From Patescibacteria group bacterium (GTDB lineage Bacteria; Patescibacteriota; Patescibacteriia; XYB2-FULL-38-15), in contig JBGSRW010000008.1 of NCBI GenBank assembly GCA_041737355.1, positions 91,700-155,699 on the forward strand: a stretch of 64,000 nt of DNA. Reading direction: 5' to 3'. The stretch's first letter is position 1. Each line of letters begins with the position of its first letter. Shown here in pieces: positions 41,530-50,671 of the stretch. The translations under genes were made by a program, and so were the position numbers. The notes beneath the pieces were generated by a model. The model ran no database searches and had not been told where the DNA came from. It was given only the letters and a program-made list of their open reading frames with translations.

Positions 41530-43221
41530 ATGAAAAACAAAATTCAACAAGCAATAAAAGGCCTGACCTCCGAACCGAAAATTGCCTATTTTACAATGGA
41601 AATCGGCCTCGGCGAGGAAATCCCGACTTACAGCGGCGGGCTTGGGATGTTGGCCGGAGACGCCGTCCGCTCGGCCGCAGATCTTGAACTTCCTTTTGTC
41701 GCGGTAACGCTTCTGAACCGCAAGGGTTACTTCACCCAAAAAATTTCAAAAACCGGCCGGCAAACCGAACAGCCCGTCAACTGGAATCCCAAAAAATATC
41801 TGGTTCCCCTTCCGATAAAAACCGAGGTCAGGATAAAAGGACGAAGAGTCGCCATCCAGCCATGGCTTTACACGATAAAAAGCGCTACCGGCGGACTTGT
41901 CCATGTTTTGTTTTTGGATACCGATCTCAAAGAAAATATTTTAAAAGACAGGCAAATTTCCTATTTTCTTTACGGTGGAGACGCGAAATATCGCTTAAAA
42001 CAAGAAATTGTCCTGGGCATCGGCGGAGTAAAAATTCTCCGGGCCCTCGGAGTGGAAGTAAGAAAATACCACATGAACGAAGGCCATGCCGCTTTTCTGA
42101 CTTTGGAACTTTTACAGACAAATAATTACGATCTCAAAAAAACCCGCCGTTCCTGCGTTTTCACTACCCATACTCCGGTTGCCGCGGGACACGATCAGTT
42201 TGACTATGATCTTGTCCGGGAACAGATGGAACCGCTTGTTGATCCCGCGCTATTAAAAAAACTGGGCGGAAAAGAAAGATTGAACATGACCAAACTCGCT
42301 TTCAATTTGAGCGAATACGTAAACGGCGTTGCCAAAAAACACAGCGAGGTTTCGGAAAAAATGTTCCCCGGATACGAAATCCACGCCATCACAAACGGCG
42401 TTCATTCTTATACCTGGACCCATCCCGCCTTCCGCAAACTTTATGATAAATACATTCCCGGTTGGGCAAACGAACCGGAACTTTTTATCCGGGCGCCGAT
42501 TATTCCCAACGAAAAAATTTGGCAAGCCCGCGATAAGGCGAAAAAAGAATTGATTGATTACGTCAACAGAAAAACAGGAGTTGGGATGAAAAAAGATGTG
42601 TTGACAATCGGTTTTGCCCGCCGCGCCACGGCTTACAAAAGACATAATTTTATTTTTTCCGACCTTGAAAGACTGAAAAATATAAACGAAAAATTTCCCA
42701 TCCAAATAATTTTCGCGGGTAAAGCCCACCCCCAGGACGAGAATGGAAAAAAAATTATTGAAGAGGTTTTTCATAATATACAAAAACTTAAGAAAAAAAT
42801 AAAAATAGTCTACCTTGCCAACTATGATATCGAAATGGCGAAAAAATTGACCTCCGGCTGCGATATTTGGCTTAATACACCCCAACGTCCGATGGAGGCA
42901 TCCGGAACTTCCGGAATGAAGGCGGCCCATAACGGGGTAATCAATTTTTCCATTCTCGACGGCTGGTGGCTCGAAGGATTTGTCGAAGGCGTTACCGGCT
43001 GGTCGATCGGACCGGGACCGGGAGAAAAAATCAACCCGCGGACGGCCGAAAAAAGAGAACTCGGCGATTTGTATAATAAATTGGAGTACACCATTCTTCC
43101 GATGTATTACAACCAACGCGACGAATGGATGAACATGATGGAAAATTCCATCAGTAAAATAGCCTATTATTTTAATACCCATCGCATGATGAGACGTTAT
43201 GTCCTTTATGCCTATCTATAA
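41530..43221 (+). CDS. glgP: Alpha-glucan phosphorylase (GT35, short alpha-glucan phosphorylase family)
   Basis: EIGLGEEIPTYSGGLGMLAGD N-terminal motif and a PLP-region lysine. Confidence 0.85.
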   Translation: MKNKIQQAIKGLTSEPKIAYFTMEIGLGEEIPTYSGGLGMLAGDAVRSAADLELPFVAVTLLNRKGYFTQKISKTGRQTEQPVNWNPKKYLVPLPIKTEVRIKGRRVAIQPWLYTIKSATGGLVHVLFLDTDLKENILKDRQISYFLYGGDAKYRLKQEIVLGIGGVKILRALGVEVRKYHMNEGHAAFLTLELLQTNNYDLKKTRRSCVFTTHTPVAAGHDQFDYDLVREQMEPLVDPALLKKLGGKERLNMTKLAFNLSEYVNGVAKKHSEVSEKMFPGYEIHAITNGVHSYTWTHPAFRKLYDKYIPGWANEPELFIRAPIIPNEKIWQARDKAKKELIDYVNRKTGVGMKKDVLTIGFARRATAYKRHNFIFSDLERLKNINEKFPIQIIFAGKAHPQDENGKKIIEEVFHNIQKLKKKIKIVYLANYDIEMAKKLTSGCDIWLNTPQRPMEASGTSGMKAAHNGVINFSILDGWWLEGFVEGVTGWSIGPGPGEKINPRTAEKRELGDLYNKLEYTILPMYYNQRDEWMNMMENSISKIAYYFNTHRMMRRYVLYAYL

Positions 43222-43933
43222 AAATATGCAAAAACAGGAATTACAATTAATAAGAAAAAAACCGTCGCTTATCGCTAAATACATCGACCACACGGAAGTT
43301 AACCCAAATTCTACCGCCCAGGACATCAAAAAACTTTGCGCCGAAGCGAAAAAATACAATTTTTATTTAGTGATGGTTTTACCGTATTACGCGCCACTCG
43401 CAAAAAAATTACTCGGCGGAACAAAAATAAAAGTCGGGGTTGTTGTGGGATTTCCATTCGGAGCGCAATGCACCGAGGCAAAACTCGCCGAAATGAGGAA
43501 GGTTTTCCCTTTTGCCGATGAATTAGATTTTGTCATCAACCGACAGGCATTCAAAAATAAGGATTACGGATTTGTCCTCAAGGAATTAAAAACTCTGGCC
43601 AAGGCAAAGGGTGGAAAAGTAATGAAAGTCATTATTGAATCTCCTGAATTAACCGACAAGGAAATCTATAAAGCCTCTCGTCTGGTCTTGGCTTCCGGAG
43701 CAGATTTTGTTAAAACCGCGGTTGGTCTCAAGGCTGGCGCTAAAATTAGTGATGTTAAGATTATGAAAAAAGTCGTTGGCGACAAAATTAGAATCAAGGC
43801 CTCGGGAGGAATCAAGGATTTTAAAACCGCCTTGGCTTTTTTAGCCGCCGGCGCCAATCGCCTCGGAACCTCTCACGGCGTAGAAATTATCGAAGCCGGG
43901 TTCAGCAAGAAAAAAACCTATTTCCACGAATGA
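43199..43933 (+). CDS. deoC: Deoxyribose-phosphate aldolase
   Basis: IDHTEV...GVVVGFPFGAQ and the Schiff-base Lys region (DFVKTAVG). Confidence 0.8.
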   Translation: MSFMPIYKNMQKQELQLIRKKPSLIAKYIDHTEVNPNSTAQDIKKLCAEAKKYNFYLVMVLPYYAPLAKKLLGGTKIKVGVVVGFPFGAQCTEAKLAEMRKVFPFADELDFVINRQAFKNKDYGFVLKELKTLAKAKGGKVMKVIIESPELTDKEIYKASRLVLASGADFVKTAVGLKAGAKISDVKIMKKVVGDKIRIKASGGIKDFKTALAFLAAGANRLGTSHGVEIIEAGFSKKKTYFHE

Positions 43934-44568
43934 AAACTTTGGTTTTAAAAATAAATCAGAAAAAACCTGAAAAAGATAAAATAATGAAAGCCGCCCAAAT
44001 ATTAAAAATGGGCGGTTTGGTTGCTTTTCCGACGGATACGGTTTACGGCTTGGGCGCGGACGCCACAAATTCAACAGCCGTCGAAAAAATATATAAAGTA
44101 AAAAAAAGACCCTTGACTAAAGCCTTGCCGATTCTTATTGGCGGAAAAAATGACCTGACAAAATATATTTTTGGCGTATCGAAAAAAACAAAAAAAATAG
44201 TCAATAAATTCTGGCCCGGTCCGCTGACAATAATTTTAAAAAAGAAAAAAATAATTTCTAACGTAGTTACCGCCGGAAAAAATTCCGTGGGTATCCGCGT
44301 GCCAGAAAATTCCGTGGCGCTCGCCTTAATCCGCGCTCTAGGCAGACCTCTTGCCACGACTTCGGCAAACATATCGGATAAACCTAGCCCAGCCACCGCC
44401 AGCGTCGCAAAAAAATATCTGAATAACAAAATTGACCTTATCCTGGATGGCGGAAAAACAAAACTCGGCGTAGAGTCCACTGTTTTGGATTGTACCACTT
44501 CACCGCCAACTCTTCTCCGCCCCGGACCGATCCCGCCGGAAGAGATCAAAAAAATATTACAAAAGTAA
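43930..44568 (+). CDS. tsaC: L-threonylcarbamoyladenylate synthase (YrdC/Sua5)
   Basis: AFPTDTVYGLGADA motif of the YrdC domain. Confidence 0.85.
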   Translation: MKTLVLKINQKKPEKDKIMKAAQILKMGGLVAFPTDTVYGLGADATNSTAVEKIYKVKKRPLTKALPILIGGKNDLTKYIFGVSKKTKKIVNKFWPGPLTIILKKKKIISNVVTAGKNSVGIRVPENSVALALIRALGRPLATTSANISDKPSPATASVAKKYLNNKIDLILDGGKTKLGVESTVLDCTTSPPTLLRPGPIPPEEIKKILQK

Positions 44569-44618
44569 GAACGTAAAAACGAGCCGAATGGCCCGTTTTA
44601 AAAATATATTTTTTATAT

Positions 44619-45320
44619 TTAATCATCCTCGAACTCCCCGCCTCCGCTCTGAACCGGCTGACCTTGGATATTTTGAATTATTTGCCCCGAAACCGTCCCG
44701 CCGACATCTCCCAAATAAAATGAATTTAAAAGATCTGCGGCGTTTTGCGAATGTGGCCGGCCCCTGTCTTTTGTCGCGAAACCTTGCGAGCCATCCTTGC
44801 CGCAATACGGAGTCATTGTCCCCGCCCCGCTGGGATGAGCCATAAGATAATTTGTCAGATCGTATACTTTTCCGTCAATTATCATCCAACAATCGCCAGC
44901 CAAATTATGCTTAGCTATTTCTTCGACAGTTAAATTAATATTGCTCGTACCGACTGCCACAGCATCGGATTTTAGAGCTCCCATATTGACGACGGCACTC
45001 GCAGGATTTTTTGCCAGATAGAACCAGCCGAAAGAAACAAAAAAACTTGTCCAGATGATGCCAAAAATTATTTTCAAATATCTGTAATTTAAAAATTTAT
45101 GCCGCATCATCAGACTGAAAAGGCCTAAGAGCGAATGAAGATAAAAAAGCGGCGCGAAGACGAGCGGAATAATTATCGTGTGGACGTAATAAGAAAAATT
45201 ATATCCAAGCCAGGGAAATAAAAAATATTTGGTCGTGGAAAAACCAGACATTAAAGTAAGAAGTGTCGCCAAAACCAAAAGCCATGCGCTGGCTCGCAAG
45301 ACCTTAAAAACAAGGACCAT
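44619..45320 (-). CDS. Polytopic membrane protein with C-terminal cytochrome b5-like heme-binding domain
   Basis: HNLAGDCWMIIDGKVYDLTNYLMAHPSG matches the cytochrome b5 HPGG-type motif. Confidence 0.5.
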   Translation of the reverse strand: MVLVFKVLRASAWLLVLATLLTLMSGFSTTKYFLFPWLGYNFSYYVHTIIIPLVFAPLFYLHSLLGLFSLMMRHKFLNYRYLKIIFGIIWTSFFVSFGWFYLAKNPASAVVNMGALKSDAVAVGTSNINLTVEEIAKHNLAGDCWMIIDGKVYDLTNYLMAHPSGAGTMTPYCGKDGSQGFATKDRGRPHSQNAADLLNSFYLGDVGGTVSGQIIQNIQGQPVQSGGGEFEDD

Positions 45321-45323
45321 AAT

Positions 45324-45638
45324 CTATTTCAAAATAATATTTATAACAAACGCAATCACGGTTACAATGCACAGGGCAGCGGCCGTGCAAAGAAGCATTT
45401 CAACCGCTTCTTTTTTTAAATTGTTCAGCCAAAGATAAACTGGCCGGCCGAAAACCAAAAGCCCGGTTACCAAAGCGGAAAAAACAAAAAGTAGAAGAAA
45501 GGCGACCGGTCCCCAAAAATTTTGCATCTGGCCGAAAATTCTTTCGCCGTTCGTCAGAACCCAGGCTACTGCCATTACATAAATAAAAACTCCGAGCGCG
45601 TTAACTAACGGCCAAAGCAAAATTTTTTTATTTTTCAT
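45324..45638 (-). CDS. Small membrane protein
   Basis: Three hydrophobic helices. Confidence 0.35.
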   Translation of the reverse strand: MKNKKILLWPLVNALGVFIYVMAVAWVLTNGERIFGQMQNFWGPVAFLLLFVFSALVTGLLVFGRPVYLWLNNLKKEAVEMLLCTAAALCIVTVIAFVINIILK

Positions 45639-45650
45639 AAAGTTTATTTA

Positions 45651-45899
45651 TTATTTTTTCTCTACCACTAAGGTGCACTTTGTTAAAATACCGGCGATAG
45701 CACCTACGGCGGCCAGGACCGGAACGAGTACCGCGCCGACTACGGCAAAAGTAAGAGGAATTTCCACGATCGTTTCTTCTTTTTCATTTTTGACGATAAT
45801 TCTCCTGGCATTCCCCTCTTTTATTATCTCTTTAACTTTCACCAGTATCTCTTCTCCGGAAACTCTGAATTCTTCCCTGTTTGTATTTTGCTCTGCCAT
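45651..45899 (-). CDS. Small protein with C-terminal TM (DUF4342-like)
   Basis: Pattern resembles DUF4342 proteins. Low certainty. Confidence 0.35.
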   Translation of the reverse strand: MAEQNTNREEFRVSGEEILVKVKEIIKEGNARRIIVKNEKEETIVEIPLTFAVVGAVLVPVLAAVGAIAGILTKCTLVVEKK

Positions 45900-45907
45900 A
45901 ATAGGAT

Positions 45908-46174
45908 TTATTTATTTATTTTATCTCTTGAATCAAATTTTATCGTCAGAATCGTACCCAGAAAAGCGCCCATTGCCGCTGGTATTAGATACCATTGGTT
46001 GCCAACGTAAGCGACAATCACGAGACCGCCGACCAGTATGAGTATCGATGAAGAAAAAGCGGCAGACAGTGCTTTGCCTGAACTTGTCCGGCGAATATAG
46101 AAAACCCAAATTATATCCGAAACTGTAGTCGCGAGAAAAACCAATACGGCTTCAAAAAAATTAAAATTACCCAT
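45908..46174 (-). CDS. Small membrane protein
   Basis: Two or three TM helices. Confidence 0.35.
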   Translation of the reverse strand: MGNFNFFEAVLVFLATTVSDIIWVFYIRRTSSGKALSAAFSSSILILVGGLVIVAYVGNQWYLIPAAMGAFLGTILTIKFDSRDKINK

Positions 46175-46188
46175 AAAAAATAATTTTT

Positions 46189-47559
46189 CTAAAAATTATT
46201 GGGACGGGGAGAATTTCTTCCGGATCCTCCTCCTGCCCTCCGCGCCTGCCCTCTTCTCGGGGAAAAACGACCCTGCGGACGCTGACCCCTTCGGTCTTGA
46301 CCGCGGCTTTGATAGCGGGCGGGACGCCTTCTCTCGAAAAAACCAAAGGCGGAGCCTTCCGGCCGCTGTTCCGGAAATGATCTTCGGCCAGGTTGTGACA
46401 TCGGCACAAATTTAGGCTGCCGTTTGGGCGGTAATTCCGGCAGCGAAGAAATCGGCAAAGTTTTTCTTATTAAACGTTCAATATCGCGTACTTCTCTGCG
46501 CTGCTCCGGTGTCACCAAAGAAATTGCATGACCGGAAACCCCGGCTCTCGCCGTGCGGCCGATCCGATGTACGTAGTCTTCAGCATTGGTTGGCAAGTCG
46601 TAATTTATAACCAATTCAATACCCGTGACATCAATGCCGCGGGAAGCTATGTCGGTAGCAATTAAAACCCGGTATTTACCCGATTTAAAGCCGGCCAGAG
46701 CGTCTTTGCGCTGAAAAAGAGAACGATCAGAATGAATTTCGGCTGCCGCGGGCCCCATGTCTCTGATTGCTTTTGTAAGTCTCTTAGCTCCGTATCTTGT
46801 CCTAGTAAAAATAAGCGTTGGACCCAAATATTGCCCTAAAAGTTTTTCTACCAGCCTGTTTTTATCATCTTTGGAAATAATAAATATTTCCTGAGTTAAA
46901 TGTTCGGCGATTGATCCGGTCGGTGCGACTTCAATGCGAATCGGCAATTTTAAAAAACTGGTCGCCATTTTCATAATTTCCGGAGGAATAGTTGCGGAAA
47001 AAAGCATTGTTTGGCGTTCAGCGGGCAGTTCCTGAAATATCTTTTTTATTTGCGGAGCGAAACCCATATCTAGCATGCGATCAGCTTCGTCTAAAACAAC
47101 TATTTTGGTGTTTCTCAACCGCACCGTTCTTTGGTTAATATGATCATTCAGCCGGCCGGGTGTGGCAATAATAATATGCGGTCTGTGTTTCAGCGCCTGG
47201 ATTTGGGGATTTATTGGCGTACCGCCGATAAGCACCGCTGTTTTTAGACCAAGTCTTGCTCCCACCTGTTTTAATGCTTCGTCAACCTGGATTGCCAATT
47301 CGCGGGTAGGTAAAACTACCAGTCCGTTACCTTTAACCTGGTTCAAGCGCTGAATCATGGGTATGCCAAAAGCCAGGGTCTTACCCGTGCCTGTCTGAGC
47401 GACACCGATTAGATCTTTTCCCTGCAAAGCTACGGGGATTGCCTGACGCTGAATCGCGGTCGGCGTTTGAAAATTTAATCTGGCTAATACTCCCATCAGG
47501 CTGGACGCAATGCCAAGCCCTGAAAAATTCTGGCTGGATGATTGTTGATTTGAATTCAT
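46189..47559 (-). CDS. DEAD-box ATP-dependent RNA helicase with RG-rich C-terminal tail
   Basis: AQTGTGKT, DEAD-equivalent VLDEADRM, SAT and HRIGRTAR motifs. Start placed at MNSNQQ because the longer ORF-track start overlaps tRNA-Ser. Confidence 0.9.
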   Translation of the reverse strand: MNSNQQSSSQNFSGLGIASSLMGVLARLNFQTPTAIQRQAIPVALQGKDLIGVAQTGTGKTLAFGIPMIQRLNQVKGNGLVVLPTRELAIQVDEALKQVGARLGLKTAVLIGGTPINPQIQALKHRPHIIIATPGRLNDHINQRTVRLRNTKIVVLDEADRMLDMGFAPQIKKIFQELPAERQTMLFSATIPPEIMKMATSFLKLPIRIEVAPTGSIAEHLTQEIFIISKDDKNRLVEKLLGQYLGPTLIFTRTRYGAKRLTKAIRDMGPAAAEIHSDRSLFQRKDALAGFKSGKYRVLIATDIASRGIDVTGIELVINYDLPTNAEDYVHRIGRTARAGVSGHAISLVTPEQRREVRDIERLIRKTLPISSLPELPPKRQPKFVPMSQPGRRSFPEQRPEGSAFGFFERRRPARYQSRGQDRRGQRPQGRFSPRRGQARRAGGGSGRNSPRPNNF

Positions 47560-47572
47560 AAAAATTGAAAAT

Positions 47573-47660
47573 TGGCGGAGAGGGCGAGATTCGAACTCGC
47601 GATACCTTGCGGTATGCACGCTTTCCAAGCGTGTGCACTAGGCCACTATGCGACCTCTCC
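47573..47660 (-). tRNA. tRNA-Ser (GGA) with long variable arm and encoded CCA
   Basis: GGAGAGGTCGCATAGTGG...CTTGGAAA anticodon loop...GGTTCGAATCTCGCCCTCTCCGCCA. Confidence 0.85.
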
Positions 47661-47746
47661 ATTTTTTAAATTCTACCTTAAATTGCTCTAAAAATCAAAC
47701 CCCCGCCAGATTTCCGGCGGGGGGTCTTATCAATTACGCCTAATTG

Positions 47747-48502
47747 TTATAATTTTCCGTCGATAATCTGTTTGAACTGTTCAATCGGTAAGGCGCCGGA
47801 AACTAGTTCGCCGTTCACAAAAGTCGCAGGTGTTCCTTCCACTCCGGCTGTGCTGCCGCCTGCCGCCATCTGGCCGACCTTGTCGGCATATTTCCCGGAA
47901 TCAAGACAATCGTTGAACTTGCTGGTATTGAGTTTCAAATTCTTGGCTTCTTCTTTCCATTTGGCCACACTCATTGTCCCGGCCGTGTTTGCCGCAAAAA
48001 TTTTGTCATGCATTTCCCAGAATTTTCCCTGCTCCGCAGCACATTCAGAGGCTTCCGCGGCCTTTTGTGCTTCCGGATGAAAGGACAGCGGGAAATGGCG
48101 GAAGATTATTTTAACTTTGTTTCCGTAAGCCTTATAAATTTCATCCATTGTGTCATTATGCCTCGAACAGTAAGGACATTGAAAATCAGAATACTCAATT
48201 AAGGTTACTTTGGCATTGTTACCGCCCTTAACGTGATCATCACCAGTAATAGGGGGAACTTCTCCGGCGGGTGTCGGTTCCTGATTCACTGCCGCCTGGT
48301 TGGTGTTTGCGTTAGAATTTACCGAATTTACGTTGGTATTTTTCGATCCTGATAAACCCTGTCCAGCAGACATAAGAACAAACAGACCGATCAGGGCCAA
48401 AACGCTTGTTCCGGAAATACCGCTCATCAAACCAAGAACAAACGACGTCCTTCTTGTGCCACGGACCATATCCACGCCATTGTTTTGCATTTCTTCGTTC
48501 AT
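47747..48502 (-). CDS. DsbA-like thioredoxin-fold protein with N-terminal TM anchor
   Basis: FQCPYC active site. Confidence 0.8.
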   Translation of the reverse strand: MNEEMQNNGVDMVRGTRRTSFVLGLMSGISGTSVLALIGLFVLMSAGQGLSGSKNTNVNSVNSNANTNQAAVNQEPTPAGEVPPITGDDHVKGGNNAKVTLIEYSDFQCPYCSRHNDTMDEIYKAYGNKVKIIFRHFPLSFHPEAQKAAEASECAAEQGKFWEMHDKIFAANTAGTMSVAKWKEEAKNLKLNTSKFNDCLDSGKYADKVGQMAAGGSTAGVEGTPATFVNGELVSGALPIEQFKQIIDGKL

Positions 48503-48564
48503 AAATAATTTAATAAATTAAGATTTAAATGTTTAGAGAATTATATTACCAAAAAATAACACTG

Positions 48565-49338
48565 TCAAGCTATATTTTCCGAAACTGGACGATGTCTTCC
48601 GCATTTATAAAAAATAAACAAACCTAGCAATAGCAAACCCAAAGACACGTACTGAGCCAGGGTTAACCCGAAATATCTTGGATCAGCCCCCGCGGAATTC
48701 TCTATCCGCAAGAAATCAAGAAAGAATCTTATTATGCCGTAAAAAACGGAAAAAACCGCCAAATAAAATCCGGGAAACCGTGCCTTGCGGTTGAAAATTA
48801 AAAACACCAGAAAAATAATCAGTCCAGCCAACGAATCATACAAACCCAAATCGTGCCTTACTCCGTCGGAATAAGCTACGCCCAGAAAAAAATTAGTTTT
48901 GATTCCCGGGTGATCATGAATCAAAAAACATCCCAACCGGCCGATAAAAAGACCCAACGGCAATCCCAAAATGGAGGCGTCGGCGTATTGCCAAAAATTA
49001 AGTTTATTTTTTTTAAAATAAACTATCGCTGCAAGAACTGCGCCAATAAATCCGCCATAAATTGACATTCCCCCTTGCCATAATTTTAAAATATCGAGCG
49101 GCGCGGCAAGATAAATATTCAAGTGTTCAGCGACGTAAAACAGTCGTCCGCCGATCATTGAAAACAAAATTATCCAGAAGGCTAAATCATAAACCCGGCT
49201 AGCTTCCATTTTTCTTTTTTTCAATTCAAAATAAGACGCGGCCATGCCCGCCATAAATCCGAGCGAAACAAGCATGCCCCAAACATTCAATTTTACGAAT
49301 CCAACTTCTATTGATTGTATTTGAAACCATGGAATCAT
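48565..49338 (-). CDS. lgt: Prolipoprotein diacylglyceryl transferase
   Basis: Lgt signature region GRLGCFLIHDHPG and the expected topology. Confidence 0.85.
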   Translation of the reverse strand: MIPWFQIQSIEVGFVKLNVWGMLVSLGFMAGMAASYFELKKRKMEASRVYDLAFWIILFSMIGGRLFYVAEHLNIYLAAPLDILKLWQGGMSIYGGFIGAVLAAIVYFKKNKLNFWQYADASILGLPLGLFIGRLGCFLIHDHPGIKTNFFLGVAYSDGVRHDLGLYDSLAGLIIFLVFLIFNRKARFPGFYLAVFSVFYGIIRFFLDFLRIENSAGADPRYFGLTLAQYVSLGLLLLGLFIFYKCGRHRPVSENIA

Positions 49339-49375
49339 ACTCGAAAATTTCTAATTCCTCATTTCTAATATCTAA

Positions 49376-50053
49376 TTATATTTTTCCTAAAATCATCAAA
49401 ACGCCTAGCGTTAATGATCCGACACCCAGAACCAATCTCAGCCACTTCCTGTTTTTATTCCGCCACTCCTCCATCTGCTTGGCTGATATGCCAAAATAAA
49501 CCAAACCAAGAATAATAAAAAGCGGCAAAACGAAAATTAAATTGTACAAAAGCAAGTATGGAACCGCGGAAAGCTGGTTTTCTTTGTTAGCTAGCATCCC
49601 CAAAACCGCAAGATATACTCCTCCGGTGCAGGGTAACTCAAAGGCCGAAACTAAAAAACCAAGAATAATTGCCGAGGGAATCGAGGCCTGCCTGACGTAC
49701 TTTTGGATCAGAGGTTTTTTTGATTCGGGAATAGACAAAGTAAAACCTTTCCCGTACCAAAAAAAATCCTTAACGTTGACGAGCCCAACAAAAATTAAAA
49801 CTACTGCCGCAATTTTGTAAATAATATAAGCAACATTCAATGCCGTTAAAGCCCGTAACAAACCGAATCCCGCCATAAAGTAAACTATGAAAACCGTAAA
49901 AATGTAAACCAGGCCAACTTTTAAAATCAACTTTGGCGAACCAATGGCTAGAAGATAACCCAATAGAAAGATAAGAACCGCGAAAGCGCAAGGATTAATT
50001 GAATCTATCGCCGCTCCTCCGATAAGGGCCGGGATTGTTAATTGTTCAAACAC
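49376..50053 (-). CDS. ccdA: Cytochrome c biogenesis / thiol-disulfide transporter CcdA (DsbD membrane core)
   Basis: Two conserved Cys in TM1 and TM4 (NPCAF...PCT). Confidence 0.75.
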   Translation of the reverse strand: MFEQLTIPALIGGAAIDSINPCAFAVLIFLLGYLLAIGSPKLILKVGLVYIFTVFIVYFMAGFGLLRALTALNVAYIIYKIAAVVLIFVGLVNVKDFFWYGKGFTLSIPESKKPLIQKYVRQASIPSAIILGFLVSAFELPCTGGVYLAVLGMLANKENQLSAVPYLLLYNLIFVLPLFIILGLVYFGISAKQMEEWRNKNRKWLRLVLGVGSLTLGVLMILGKI

Positions 50054-50057
50054 TATT

Positions 50058-50612
50058 TTAAGTTTTATTTTTTATAATATAAATTATCCCGATTAAACCG
50101 GCAGCTGCAATAAAACCAATAACAATCCATCCGACCATTTCGTTTTTTTTCTGGCTTCCGGACGATGATTGATTGGTGTCCGCGTTTTCACTAGTATTTA
50201 TAACCGTATTTGTATTTGCACTGCCAGATTCAAGCTTATCCGCTGGAGAAATGCATCCTTCTTCGGAACACTTTATCACGGCATTTTTGAGTGCTTCGTA
50301 GGCCTGGCCCCTAATTGCTTCTTCTCCGATAAAAAGAGTTGGCACTCCCTCCGCGTCCGATCCATAAGCCGCCGCCATCCGGCCAAAAAGATCCTGGTTT
50401 TCACTATTGAAATAAACCTCGAAATCTTTGATTATCAGATTGGGGTAATCAGCTTTTAACCCATCGAGATAACTTTTCATCCTGGCGCAGTGCGGACAGC
50501 CCTGACCTTCAAAAAAATACAACTCAACCGGTTTTCCGGCGGCGGAAACGGCAACCGGCAGTGCTAGGAAAAAAATAAACGCAACTATTAAATTTCTTTT
50601 AAAATTAAACAT
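50058..50612 (-). CDS. Secreted/anchored thioredoxin-glutaredoxin-like protein
   Basis: GCPHC active site. Signal peptide and C-terminal TM. Confidence 0.65.
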   Translation of the reverse strand: MFNFKRNLIVAFIFFLALPVAVSAAGKPVELYFFEGQGCPHCARMKSYLDGLKADYPNLIIKDFEVYFNSENQDLFGRMAAAYGSDAEGVPTLFIGEEAIRGQAYEALKNAVIKCSEEGCISPADKLESGSANTNTVINTSENADTNQSSSGSQKKNEMVGWIVIGFIAAAGLIGIIYIIKNKT

Positions 50613-50671
50613 ATTTTGTAATTTTACAGGGAAATAGCCAATTAGTCAAAATACTGAAAAACGCCCAGACT

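Noticed and set aside
42253-43182. 309-aa minus-strand ORF
   Set aside because: Entirely antisense to the well-conserved glgP gene and low-complexity. The same reasoning applies to other long antisense ORFs, for example 4359-4835 in clpB, 27154-27491 in the RlmN-like gene and 57257-57916 in secD.
46189-46400. G+C-rich 3' end of the DEAD-box helicase as a foreign segment
   Set aside because: It encodes a typical RG/RGG-rich helicase C-terminal tail. Such tails are compositionally biased in many bacteria.
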